This document shows positions 18,458 through 33,400 of a stretch of 64,000 nucleotides of DNA, one piece after another. The DNA lies in the IMG/VR virus record IMGVR_UViG_3300017917_000616, positions 28,603 to 92,602 of that record; one strand, given 5' to 3'. The notes beneath the pieces are model-generated. The model ran no database searches and was not told the origin of the DNA. It saw nothing but the letters and a program-made list of their open reading frames with translations. The stretch is from a virus. The position numbers and the translations under genes are program-made. Within the stretch, counting starts at the first letter, position 1, and every line of letters starts with the position of its first letter.

Positions 18458-21400
18458 TTTCGTTAGTGTAGTTACTTTGTAAAAATACAGCTACGGGTGT
18501 TTGACTGATTTGTAGTGGATCACCCTTTACTGGATTATAAACATTACTGTTCCAAACGGAGTCATATTCTGCTGAAGTAAGTCTGCGTGTAGGGATTATT
18601 CCATAACCCATTTCATTAGCGTAATGTATTTGTGCCACTCTAGTACCCTGAACTCCCCTTGTTAATCCGGAAATAGTATTATTTTGGGTATCAATATTAT
18701 CAAAACGTATACGTTCTCCTAATATCTCTACTATATTTCCAATCGTTAAAGTCACAATCAAAGTATCACCGGCTGATGCGCCGGAACTGAATATTAGAGC
18801 CGGATTACCATTTACTAACTTCAAACCAAAATAACTTTGCGGTAACTGAGTTAATGTGGTTTTGTTATATACTTGGACCTCTTTAACTTCATTAATGTCG
18901 CACTGTACGAATCCATAAATCACAGAGCTTATGTTTACTGTTGTAATTTGCTGTTCGATTGAATCTACTAAGTTAGAAACGTCTTTGAAGTACATTACCG
19001 TATCATTGATGCCGAAGTTCTGTGTTAGCCAAGACCCATCTTCAGGATTCGTTCTGTACACAGAACCATCACTATACTTATTGACGTTCAAATTATATGA
19101 TATTGGATTCGGGCTTTCGCCGGTAACCATACTGGTAATCATAATATCATCGGTACTAGTTATTTCAGATAGTATAGACAACTTATTAGTTTGGTCAGTG
19201 TTCATTGAGGCGCTAGACACAGTTTGTCCGATATTTACTTCGTATGTTCCGATGCCACCTGTACCGGTGATATAAGAAGTTATTATAGTACCTGGTGTGA
19301 TAGACCCACCAAAAATTTCTTGCCCCAAAGTTAAACTACCTTTAGATACACTAGTTACAGTTAATACACCATATGTGTCTGTAGGATAGTTGGGCGCAAA
19401 AGCGATGCTTCCGGTAAATTCGCAATCAGAATTATAAATCATTTGTTCAGGATTAATTCTGTATCCGGCGACAGTAACCCATGTTCTAGCACCATCAGTG
19501 TAGGACATTATAGGAGCACCGGGAGCTACTGTTGGTAATGGTACACTGATTGTATTACTATCTAGCCACGCATATCCAGTACCGGCATAAGGACTTACGT
19601 TTGTTCCAATCAATGGATTTGTAGTGGCTGAATCCGTATATAAATCAACATAATAATTTGGATCACCTAATATAGTTACAGGATTAACGTAGAATGTTTT
19701 ATTATTCAATTCTACTGATCCTGCTATTCCGTCAATTCTTATTAAATCACCCAAAGAGAAATTAGGATCTGTTGTAAAAGTCAATCGTACTGGATTATTA
19801 GATGTGTTTACAAATTTTATTTCAGTTACTTGTAAACCAGTCACTTCGTCAGTTACTAGATATTGTCTAGTTGTATCATTATACGTAGTGATAGACACTA
19901 TATCATCTGGTGAGACAGTTATAGATGTTAAGTCCAGAGTATCAGACATTAAATTAAACGTATATTCTCCACTTAACAATCTTATTCCATTTACTTCTAC
20001 AATAGCGTTAGTTATATTATCACCCGTTGTTGTAACAAAATTGTAATCTAACGGTATAGAAGTTTCACCTATACTTGATGGTACATATATCTGAGTTTCA
20101 GGAATGCTGTATTCATAAGGTATTAATGTGTCACGTAATATACTAAAAACAATATAATCTACATCCGTATCATACGTATTGTTAATAAACAATAAACGCA
20201 AATAGTTATCATTTGTGAAGGTAACTACATAATCAACAGTATTTGTTAATTTTATTCCGTTAACATAAACTAAAGGTTGAGCATTGTAGGGACGATATAG
20301 CTGGTTGAATGTGAATTGTGACCATCCAGTATCTGGGTCTATCTCTATAGGAACGTACTTAGAATTCCCTCTTACTACTTCTACGCCGTTGCCTACTTCG
20401 TATAATTCTACCATTAGTACTTCATTAGCACCTAATGCTGAAGATATAGTGATAGTCTGGCCTACCCAATCTATAACATAACTTATAGGATTATTAAGAG
20501 TTGTAGTATTTTCAAAAATTCTATAAGAATAATTTGTTGTCCTATTTAAAACAAATACTGACAATCTAGCAGGATTTACTACGTAATTAGCAAAGCTGAC
20601 TGTTAAGTTAGCATCGGGTACCAATTCAAGTGCTTTCATATTGAAGCCGGTGTGCTTGTACCACACTGTTTGAGAGGAGTCTGTATCCCAGTATGCTCCA
20701 GGAGCCGTATTTACGTACATAGATAATGTATCCGTAACAACTCCTGCGACTAATTCTTCTGGTCCATAACCAAATAAGAAATCATTACCCTTAACAGCAT
20801 ATGTAGGTTCGTTTACATTAATGTTTGCTAAGTCAGTCCAGTTAACACCATTAGTGCTACGTAATATGGTATCGTTATCTCCAGCAATATAGAAATATGA
20901 ACCATCAAAGTGTACTGTATTCAAATTATCAGTTGTCACATATTGACTAGTCTGAGGATAAGCATACCAAGTAATTCCGTCTGACGACACTAATATTAAA
21001 CCGGGATCAGTTTCACCTGTGCCTATCTTATTTCCTACTGCTACAAATACAGAATTACCAAACGCTACACTATTGATATTTACGGTTGTTGATATATCAG
21101 CAAATACACCGGATAACCAGTTATTTGTATTTGTGCTATAGAATATAGTACCTGAATTTCCAACAATGACAGCACGTGTAGAACTTGAAGCAACACCATT
21201 TAACTGATTGGTTCCTAACGGAGGTTGTAAAACCCAGTTAGTGTTACCATCAACTGATGTAACAATTTTTCCTACATTAGCAACAGTAGGTAGTGCGGTA
21301 CCAGCACCAGATGTTACTACCCCGCCGCCACCTACAGCAATATATCCAACGTATCCTAAAATATTAACATAACTAATATCTTGTAAATTGTTATCTAATC

Positions 21401-24400
21401 TAGAACCAAATGTGTACACCGGATCAAATTTAACTCCGTTCTCACTACGTAGTAATTTATCTCCCACTACATAGAACACACCATTAACTATTCTAGTACC
21501 GTACATTGGTAAATTAGGAGCTTCGACCATAGTCGTGTCATATCCACCTTCGCCGAACTCTAGCGTATCAAACGGAGTATATGTTCCTAATGTTATCCAT
21601 CGTATTCCATCGTAACTTACTAATACTGGGTTTTTAATATTTGTAGTAGACATTACGTATCTGTCATTTTCATATGACATATCGGTAATTCCTAATGGAT
21701 ACTCACTAATTTTATAGTTGTCCCATGTACCGCTTTGATTTCTAACTAAGACCAATGAGCTAGTAGGAGAATCACACGCGGCTATTAAAGTACTACCATT
21801 ATTAATTACAGCCTTTACATTTACATCAATTGGATAGAATGGTTCGTCACGTAATACAAAGTCTAACGGAATTTCTTCATCTGGAGCAAAAGCATTACCG
21901 TAGTAAACATTATTAGGATACGTGATTCCTTGTACCAACTGTTGCGGGTCTTTACCTGGCATAGTGATTGCCGGGGTATAGTAACCTTCAATTCTGTCTA
22001 ATGCGTTGAGGGCATTATCTGAACTTTGTAATGGATACCATTTTGTAGGATCAAATTCACTATCATTGTTGGCTTGTATACATTGCCACACAATACCAGC
22101 ATATGTTACAATCGAACTTAAATTATATCCATAACTGTAATTATTGATTATAGGTTCGGGTAGATAGCAATAATCGGAAATTGAATTACCGTATGGAGGG
22201 AATGGACTAGTTCCACCGTCCCATAAGAATCCGGCGGCACTTACTGGAACCTGTAATTTTGAATCTTGGTACACTGCTAATTCAGTATCGCTTATTGCCT
22301 TAACATAGTATTGTGCTTGTTGGGCAGATGCTACACCATTTACAAATGCGCTATATATTGCTCCCAAGTTTGAAAACTGTACAGTAATTATACAATCATT
22401 CACAATATCCTGACTTCCTGGACCAAAATTAGATCCAGGTATGACAATCTTATCCCCATCAGAATATATAGAACCTGGATCTAAAATTTGTATATAATAC
22501 TGGTTAGTCACATTTGCTGGATTAAATTTAGGGGTAGAAATCCAAATCTTTGCGCCACCCGCTAATGTATCATCATATTCATATGTATTAGCTGGTACAC
22601 CAGGAGTGCCGTCATATGTTTGTACTCTAAAGAAGTACATATAACTGCCACTTACTTGGCCTGGTAAAATTCCACTATAATTATAGTTTACAGTTACGAC
22701 TGCTTGACCGTCTACACTAGCGAAACCTGTAATTGGCATCACAGCACCCTGTAGACTAGCTAAACTAGGATCAACTGGTAAACCAGCGAATGTTATTGTT
22801 TGTATGGTTCCGGCAAAGTTTACAGTACCCACTGTTATGACACAGTTATTTGTAGGTGCTGTACCGTTTAGTTGAGTTCCTAATATAGTTATTACGTCGC
22901 CTGGACTATAACCTGTTCCGCCGTTTTCTATTTCTACATCATATTCATTCGCTAACGATAAGTTATATACGGTGAATGACGCACTAACTCCACCAGCTGG
23001 GCTTACCGTACCTGACATTCCTGTATAAGGCAAACCATAACTTAGTTTTGTAGGATTACTTGCGTCATTTCCTATACTTATATAAGGACTTGAATAGTAA
23101 GTATTTGGTGTCCACTCAGTTACTCTACTGTTGTAGCTAGTTCTGTCAAATTTTAGAACTGGTTTTAACGTTCTAGTTTTAGTATTACCTTGAGTTACAA
23201 TCGCTCTTGGTCTAATGCTAATCTCATGAACATATCCTGAGCTAATTAAACTAGGATTTACAAAAGGAACTTTGTTATTGTTTCTAATTGCGTCATCATA
23301 AGAAGTATGGAAGGACATGGTAACAGCATTTCCCGGTGTTGCCATAAGCATAAAGGTACTTACAACTATACCAGTAACATTTACGTAATAATAACCATCC
23401 GGAATAATTGTAATTCCATTGGAAGTAATTCCTTCACTATAAACTATATCTCCGGTTGTATAATCTGTACTGGATAGTATAATTGTATACGTGTTGAAGT
23501 TTATTTTATCTAAAGGAGTTGATATTACGAAACTTGGTTCAAACACAATTTCAGGTGCGACTACATAACCACTTCCGGGAGTTAATACACTTACACCAAT
23601 TACTTTGTCACCGCCCATGACTGCTTGAACGACTGCTTCTTCTCTTGGTGCGGGGTATACAGATGTGTCTATTCTTACTGTTACTTCCGGTGGCTCTTGA
23701 TAGCCTCTACCCTCATAAAGAACAACTACTTCAGGTAAATCAATAAAGATTGTTGTTCCAGCAAAGTGACCCGCTGGTGTAGTATTATTAACACCTCTGG
23801 ATACACCTACTAGTTTGTTGTTGACTCTATCTACGCCGGTGTAACCAATAAGCTCACTATCTATTTTTATAATACCGTTAAACGGCATTCCATACACGCT
23901 TTCGACATAAATTTCATTATCCAACGTTCCGATATATCTCATTAAAGTCGAAATGTCAGTATTAGGTTGGCTGGTTAAAGTTATGCCGTAATTATTAAAC
24001 CAAGATGTATACTCTTGTGTTTGCCATATTTCATCTGTACTTGTATACTGATATGGAGAACTTGTTACATCTCCGTATGTCAATTCAGGTGAAACAAATT
24101 TACCCAATGTATCATTGTATTGCGCTGGTAAATCAAAGTCTGTTAAATCACCATCAAATACATCAGTTCTAGAATACTGTAGATAGAAATCTTTTAATAC
24201 CACATGATATGGTTTTACTTCATTGATATAACCTTCTAATAGACTTTGATTGTCACGCTGGAATTTTTCGTTAGCGGTTAATTCACGAACTGTATAGTTT
24301 ACATCTACAAAGCTAGTTTTTGTTAGCCATGGCATGTAGTCTTGGCTTTCGATATTTTCACTTTGAATATATTCAAATAGTAAAATTAAACTCTTATTCC

Positions 24401-27400
24401 TATACTGGAACAAATCATTGATGTAGATTTGTTCATTAAGAGCACGTACAATATATCTTGTTTCTATACTAGGATAAAAATCAAAATCTTCACTGTCAAA
24501 GAAATTATCTCCCCAACCAATCTTATTGCTTTGGTAATCCCAGAGTGTATCTAATAGTTGTATAGTACCATTTTGAACACCGATTCTTTCCCATGTTCCG
24601 GCTTTATATACATAAACTTCCCTGTTTCCTTGACTGTTGCTGACAACACCTACGATTTGTCCTTCTTTTGGTGTCAAAGTTAATAAGTCGCTATACATAG
24701 GAACATCGAAGGCAGCTCTTGTTGCGTCACTATAACCTTCTGCCCACCAGTATACATTTTCCCAGTATTGAGTGGTATTGAAGTTTTCTCCCTGAGCATA
24801 CAAGAATGTGATATTTCCAAATTCATTTATTGGATACAATTTCAAAATTGTATTAGCATATTCAAAATAGTTTCTTAACGCTTCTAAACGATTTACAAAG
24901 AAACCTTGTCTAGGTCTAATGTTAACACCTTGTTGTAACAACTTAGGTAGATATGGATCTGGAACAATAGCACCAATCTCGTCTGTACCCGAACAACTAT
25001 CAAGAAGTCTATCGTATAACGCTACTGGTGTGTTATATCCTTTATCTCTATCTGGGAAACCAGTTAAGAAATCGTCTGGATAATCACTTCTAATCAACTG
25101 AAATTCTACGTGACTTGCTGTTGAATCTCCATTAACACCAAAACCTAGATGAAGATTAGTAGAAACATCGTTAATGTACTCTTGGCTATTATACAGACCA
25201 TATGTGTTTGGTCTAAGTGCTGCCATAAAGCTGATACCTGAATTCTTAGGATCAGTAATATATTGAGAAATTATCGTATCACTTAATGTTTTTCCATAGT
25301 GAGAGAAAACTAAATTTGTGTTTCGTACCCAGTAATAGTATTTTGCTATTAGATTATTATTACTATCTGTAAACAGTACTGTGCTGTATTTTCCTATGTC
25401 GTATACTGTACCGGGTCCTACGTAGAACGCTGGTACTACGTCAGATTCTATCCAAGAGTATACCGATACATCGCTTCCTGGGAACACACGACCCCACCAT
25501 TTGCTATTGTATACTACATCATTTTGATGATAGTTTATAAATCGAGTAGTAGAGGTATCGAACCATAATTTACCTATATGGTCTTTAGTCCAAACTTCTT
25601 TGCCTGTATTTAAGTTAGGACCATTATATCCTGCAGGATCAGAAATGCTAATATAGTCCAAGTTTTCTTGTACTACTCCCAACAACTTTCCTTGTAAAGG
25701 ATCTATATAATCTAATGAGGCTAAGTTTTGATTATTAGTATTATTATATAACTGAACTTTTCTAATCTTAGTTACGTCTGATATCGGAGCACTCTCACGG
25801 TATACATGCCAATTATTGATGCCGGTTGTATTTTCATATATTACAACTCTGCCGCCGGCTGCGTTAATATTAAACTTAGGAACACCAATAATAACTTTAT
25901 CATTAGTGAAATCTAACGCAGCACCATACATAGGCTGAGGACCCACAAATGTTAATTTGTCATTACATGATTGTGCGTATACGTATTTTCCAATATTATT
26001 AAAACTTTCAAGATACGAAGGTATGTAGTTGTACATGTACACACTACCTGCGTTAGATGTTTTATCTTCAAAGAATGTTAGATTGTTGTCGAACACCGTA
26101 TCGTTTCTAGTATTTGTGTCAGAAATTAAATCGAATGTAGTTGCCAAATATCTAATACTAGCAGGAGCACTTACAACAAAACTATTTTCATTGTTAAACT
26201 TCACATTATAACCAAACTGAGTTATTGTTTGTTGGTGTAAGTCATAAATTGTTTGTGACTTAACATAGTCGATGAAGCCCATCATAAACAAATAATTACC
26301 ATTGAACACACTTATATTCAACTTATTGTTTACTTGTCCTAATTCTGGGTATATTAAAAATATTTGAAGTCTGTTATCTTCAGTTGCGTATGCCCTAATG
26401 TTATCTAAATTAGTTTGATTGATGGCGTTGGCAATGTTAGCAGCATTACCTAATGGTACTACCATTAATGTATCAGATGGAGCAAATGTATTTGCGAATG
26501 GGAAAGGTACAGCAAATGTGATAACACCAGTCGTTGTATTTCTACTGCTATAGAAAATTGAACGTTCGGGTTGGAATGGGGATGTTGTGTCTTGGAACGT
26601 TATAACTCCATTAGCTGGCATTTTGGCAGCATCTGATGGGTTAATTGTAACAGTAGTACTGCCGGTAGTTACTGTAGACAATATGTTTATTGTGTTGAAT
26701 AAATTGACGACAAAACCGTTTAATAGGATGTATGTTGCTTCAGTTAAGTTGCAACCAATAACACCCGTAAGTCTACCAAATCGTTTTCCTGTGTTTGTGA
26801 AACGTAATACAGAACCTTCATTGACATTGTTGTTACTTACATCAAATGGTACGCCAACTATCAGTTCACTACCATACTTGTTACAATCCAAACTGTATCC
26901 AAAATTTTCTCCTTGTCTTAAATCAGAGATATTATCCTGACTCTTTATCATTTGCGATAATACAAAGAAGCTACTTGCTATTGTTACGATATCTCCAGCA
27001 AAAATAGGACCACTAATTTGAACTTTATTTGCTACTACTACATATCTGTCGCTAGGTAATAATTGCTGATTGATATAAACTCTTGCTTTAAATCCAGGAG
27101 AGAATGGTAAAGTCAATACCGCACTTTGATTATTCAATACGTCATATTGAATTTCTACATTTTGCGTAAGCCTATCGTAAATATAGGCTACACCAGTATT
27201 AGTCAAGTTTACATTTTCATCATAGTATGGGGCACCAATAAACATTTTGCTACCGTCATAATTTGTAGCAATACTTGTACCGTAACCATCACCAAATACT
27301 TTAACAGGTGGTTCGATGGTGTTAGTATATGTGAAATAGCTATTTACGGTATAAACTTTTGCTCCGGAAGGAATTGTATACTGGATATCTTCTAAACAAT

Positions 27401-30400
27401 AGAATGTTGTTTTATCGTTTATAGAATCATATGTTTCTGTAACTACCGTGTATTGTACGTTTTGACTAAACGCCGTTAAGTAAATACTTGTTCCAGCTGG
27501 TATTTCATATGAAGGATATATTGGCGGTACTAAATAGGCTGTTTCCTTAGTAAAGAAAATTGTTATTGGACTTTCTATAGTTCCAATAGTTGTCAATGCC
27601 CCAGAAGCACTATTAGTATTAGCTACTATAATTAATCCAGCAGCACATAATAGAACAGTGTAGGTACCATTATATGCGGTTGGTACCATACCGGAAACAG
27701 TTATCGTATCACCAGCTATGTAAGGAGGTGTAGGGTAAGTTACTGTACTATAGGAAAATCCTACAAAGGATGTATTCCAACCCACACTTGTCGGAGATAT
27801 TTCTCTGTCGTCAAAAGACTCTAATCCAATTGTATATAATCTATCACTATCGGCGCCTGTATTTGAAAAACTAACCTTGTCACCGTATGTTAATACAGCA
27901 CGTTGGTCGCCGTAGACTACAAAGAAATCATTACCATCTTCAAATGGATATTGTAGTACCATTCCTGTACTACTGTATGAAGTTAGAAATGAAACACTTT
28001 GTCCTTGATTTATTACAGAGTTATATTCGTATACGCTTTGCGATGCATTTACTAAAGTTTGTATTGGGTAGGATGGGTCTATGTTAACAGTAGTTCTACC
28101 TGTTCCAGCATTATATGTTCTTGAAGAAACTTTATAAGTTAATCCGTTAACTTGGAAAGAAATCATCATTCCAGGTTGTATCACTGTTGTTTGATTACCT
28201 AAAACTTGGAATGACGTTGCTCCAATAGAAATACTAGAAAACAATGTTACTCCAGATAGAACTTGATATTGAGTTAGATGCTGACCATTAACTGTAAAAG
28301 TATTATTTCCTACAGTAGTGGCGTTACTCAATGTCATACCAGCACTAATGTATGTAGGGACACTATCTAGTTGCCATGTTATTACACTCTCATCACCTAT
28401 AGCTGAGGTATACAAATAAGCACCATCATCAGAAATAGCCATGCTATCTCCTAACCTTCCACCTGAAACAGTAATTACTTGTTCTAGCGTCAAGCTGTTA
28501 ATGTTTGTAGATGTAGGTATCTTATATATGTATAACTGGCTAATGATAGAGCCAGGTTGTGATATTACAACAAACTCATTGCTATGGATTATTGCCTTAC
28601 CAAATTCAGTATTAGGGACAGTGAATGTGTCACGTAAATAGAATGTTCCGCTAGGACTTACACCATAATGGTAAACTGTACCATTGTTACTATCTCCTAC
28701 AAAGTAACCTAAGTTTTCAATATATGCTACACTGTTACCAAAATTGCTAGTAGTTTCAAATTTTTGTAACGGTAGATAATTGTAATTATTTGTCTTTTCG
28801 TATACGGTCCAATTACCTTCTGAGTTATAGTCTACCCATACTTTATTTGTAGTGTAGTCTGAGTTTAGTAACGGTAATCCGTCAATATCTCTAGCACTTA
28901 CGACACGTTGACTCTGTAACAAGAAAGTTATGCCCAAGCTAACTATTTCTGTAGTCGTAGTTGGAAGTGTTAGCGCAACAATTATATTAGTTATATCTAA
29001 AACTCTGTCTACTAAGTAGTATCCATTGACTAAAGGATCAAAATTAATTATACCAATTACTTGTTCTTCAAAGTATCCATGAGGTTTATCAAACGTTAGT
29101 GTGACTGTATTGTTATAATTATTTTGTACATTTATTAGCAATGCGCCTGTACTATACGGCGTGTATACTTGCCATTCATTCTTCTTATCGGCTACCCAAA
29201 TATAATCATTTTTATAGATTGTATTGATAGCACCATCTACTAAATCATTAATAGAGTATCCTATCTCTATCATATCATCGATGTTAGCGTATCCGGCGCT
29301 TGGTAATTTTTCTTGATATCCCGATTCCACCGTAGGCAAAATATTTTCGTTTTCTATCGGTCTAGCATAGTTTCTGATATTATAAAGAGGTATTTCTTGT
29401 TGTGCTCCATCAACAGATTCATCTTTGATTACGCTAACAATGCTTGGATTACCTGTTAACTTAGTCTCATTCAATGTAACTTCGATGAAGTTTTGATTGT
29501 TCAATCCACCAAACTCAGTAGTCTTAATAGCCCAATTTTCGTGAACATCATAGTTTAAGGTATTTTCTTGTAATACAACACCTTGTAGTCTGGTTACACT
29601 CTCTACAGTTCCCTTACTTCCTATCATATTTTTGTACACGTTTACTTGTGTAGCATCATCCAAATTAGCGTCTGCTAAATATTGTCTTGGTCTATAACCA
29701 ATCAATGAGAATGATAGTAAGTCTGCGTCTGATTCTAAGTTTGCCTTGTTAGGATCATAGAAGTAAACTGCCTCAGCGGCTCTAGTACTTGGATTTGGTA
29801 ATAATCCTTTTTGAATCATTTCGTAATCTGTTTTCATCCAATCATTATAATTGAACTTCACAGAAGGTAGTATGACTGTCTTATCTGCGATATAGTAGTC
29901 ATTCTTAAATTTGACAATGGTTCCTTTGTTATATTTTACATTTTCCTTCCATTCCTCAATGTTATCTTGATTGAGTATGAAGCCGGCGGCGTTTACTTGA
30001 CCGTTCCATTCAGCGGTCTTAGAGCCCTTAACGTAAATTCTTTGTTGACGCAATCCTGTTGTCAAATTATAGATTACGTCATTGAATACAGTAATATTAT
30101 CAAACAAAACAACATGTTCAAAGGTACTTAAATTTCCTCTGAAGAAACTTATAGTATCACCTTGATTTAATGTCTTAACATTGAATTCCGTATCGTTTCT
30201 ATAAACAGATAGGTCACTCAATCCAATTGGTATCAAGTTCTGATTAAGAATGAAATTCTCTTGGAAGAATGTTAATGGTTGAACAATAGAATTTTCTTTA
30301 TTAATAGAAATTATTCTAGCGCATGGGTTAACGTTAATAGTGCTACCTACATCCCATCCAGTCTGTATCCAATATGCCAATTCAGCAATCATTTGTTCCC

Positions 30401-33400
30401 AAGTTAGTTGTAGTCCGTTTTCTACATCGTCAAACTTGAATCCTTGACTTTCTAAGTACAGACCATAACCTCTAATGAAGGCTGCTAGATTATTTACGTT
30501 GGTGAACTCTACACCATATGGTGTAACTATAGTTTGGTCGTAATATTGTTTCGGTATTTGTATGGTCAATCCATTTACAATCACCGTATCGAACAGACCA
30601 TTCATCATAGGTATCTTACTTGTGAAGTATGCTCTGTTCTGACTATTTCCGAAAACTTTATATCCTCTGTCAGTACGTTGAATAATCAATGAAGAATATA
30701 TTAGCGTATCTGTAGGTTGGTTATCATATAACAAGATGCTGTAACTGTCATCAGGAATTAGCAGACTAGTATTTTTACTATCGGGTGTTCCCTTTTCAAC
30801 ATAAAAATTCAATAGGTCTTTATCACTAAATCCGGCTAACCTATAACCTAATCTAACATCTAAGTTAGTAATCAGATTACTAATTTCTGTGCCACCATCC
30901 ATTCCAAATTGATATAGATAATCAACTAACCAGTTTGTGTAACTATGAACACTGGTGCCATTACCATAGATAGTCATATTGGTTAGCGGATTTCTAAAGC
31001 GATTATTATATAGGTACTGGTTGAACTCAGTATTATACTTATAATTGTCAACATCTATGCCTAAGGCAAAGAATCTAGCTGGCTTAGTTAATGCCATTAT
31101 TCGCATTAGGTCGAATGGAAAACTACTACTTCTATGGTAGCTAAATTCTGCGGCTCCCATGTCGCCCACGATCCAGTCATTCTTGAATGCTTCAATATTA
31201 TATGAGCCTATTACATTAGAGAAGGGATCTAATAAATTGCCATTGCTATCAACAGGAATGATATCCATCAATCCATCACGAATCCTCTGTTCATTTACAT
31301 AAGGATTGCCATCATTCCATACATATCCATTAGCAATATCTTGCCACATATATGTATTATCTTTGGTATACGGAGTTGTACCGTATCTAGTATCCCACCA
31401 ACTTGGTTTGCTAGTTAAGCCAAGCATTTCCCATGGTCTGGTATCTGGATTAGTAGTGTCATAAAGCCATAAGTATATACCATGCCAATTACCTTGTTTA
31501 ACGTATTGATTATTAAAGTTAAACTTAGATTGTCTGTAGTTGTATGTGTATGGATTTGATGGATCATAGTACTGATCGGTATAATTAATACGATTAGTTC
31601 CGATCCAGTTTAAAAATTGAATTGTATATATTTGTCTGTATTGTTCAAATGTGACGCCCACATCTCTAAACTGACCGGGTACTACTTCATCGTAGTTAAT
31701 AGGAATAGCAGAACTTATTTTTAGATTGTTATAAATTCTCTTTTCAAATTCAAATAATACATTATCTCTATAGTCACTTAATATACCGTTATCATATGTA
31801 CCATAAAGTTTAGTATAAGATCCATCATGACCCTTGATAAACCAGGTTGGAGTTACATATGTATTGTCATATACAATTTCTGGCATATACGCAGGATACA
31901 AGCCTAATTTAGTAGGTGTGTTTGGTACAAAACTTCCGTAAGTTTGATTGTATTCTTTAATGGTGATTACATCATTGTTTACTAAATCAGTTGTTATTGT
32001 TAGCGAAGGATCTGTTTCGCTTACAGTGTAATCTACACCTTTAATTAACTGAGATACAACCATTTGTCCGTTGATTTTTCTAGTTAGATAAACTAAAACA
32101 CCGTAGTAATTAGCAGAATTAAAATCATAAACTCTGCTTAAGTTGTAGACGCTAGTTGATACATTGCTTTTAAACACATAGGTATTGGTAATATATGCGT
32201 TCTTACTAGGAAGCATATCAGACCAAAAGAATGGATTAGAATCGATTTTAGTTTGTGTTATCTTATCTAAAGAATCATCTAAAAGATTTGATGGATTCTC
32301 ATAAGATTGAAATTCACCTCTAGTTAGTGTGTCAATTAATTTGGCCTTGAACTTGATATATTCATTACCGTTAAATGCTAAAGCATCAAAGAAGTTATTA
32401 TAGTTATTACGCAAAAATGCGCCGGCGTTCACCACCGGAGCACTATTTTGAATAATCTTAGTACCGTAAGGTATGATATTACCTAAGTCTCTGTAATTAT
32501 TAGATCCAAAAGCAATACCAGAAAAATCAGGAGCATTGTTAACGATGCTCTTATAATGACCACGTATATCACCTAAATTGATAGAACTAATCTCACTGTT
32601 AAAAGGATTGTGATCTAGATTAGTAGGTACCTGATAGTAACCGGTGGTTGTAGTTTGGTCACTGTATAATAAAATATCTACTGGTGTGCCTAAAGGTATT
32701 GTTCTGTTTAGCGTGATAGTTGTAGAGTTATCCGTTGTAGCGATAGAATAATCTGAGCTGGACAACCTAGCATTATCAACATACACCACTATTACAGGCC
32801 AATTAGTAGTGGTAGAATCTTTTATTTTTACATCGCAAATAAAGGTTGGTACAGCCGGAACACCATTGTATTTGAAATTAAACACTTGAAATTGGAAGCT
32901 GTCATCAGCGGCAGTTTGCCAACCTATTTCTCTATTATAATCTATTCTATTCGTGTAATTATACACATACCCAATGTTGATATTTTCAGTCAATGATTTA
33001 TTTTGTTGTACATAATTGAAGGTTTGACTATTCAATGTCACATCGAAAACAATATCACCTAAGTTATTCAAAGAACTATAACTAATTGGGAATCCTAATA
33101 TTGGATCATCTGCGCCAGACCCTGGCTTATATTCAAATAATGTAGACCCGGCAAAATTACTACTAGGATAAAAATCCATGTCACTTAAACTTACCCCATT
33201 GCTATCAAATACATCGAATAAAGGTGGTTGATTGACTCTTTCTTTTTGTTGAGTTAGTTGCCAATTGAGTCCATCAAAGTAGTAAGTTTTTCCTATATAG
33301 TTTTCACCTAAAACTATAACACACTGCTCATCATATAATACATCTGATCCTAATTGTGTCAATGTTATAACAGGATCTTGACCTTGAACAACTGTAGAAA

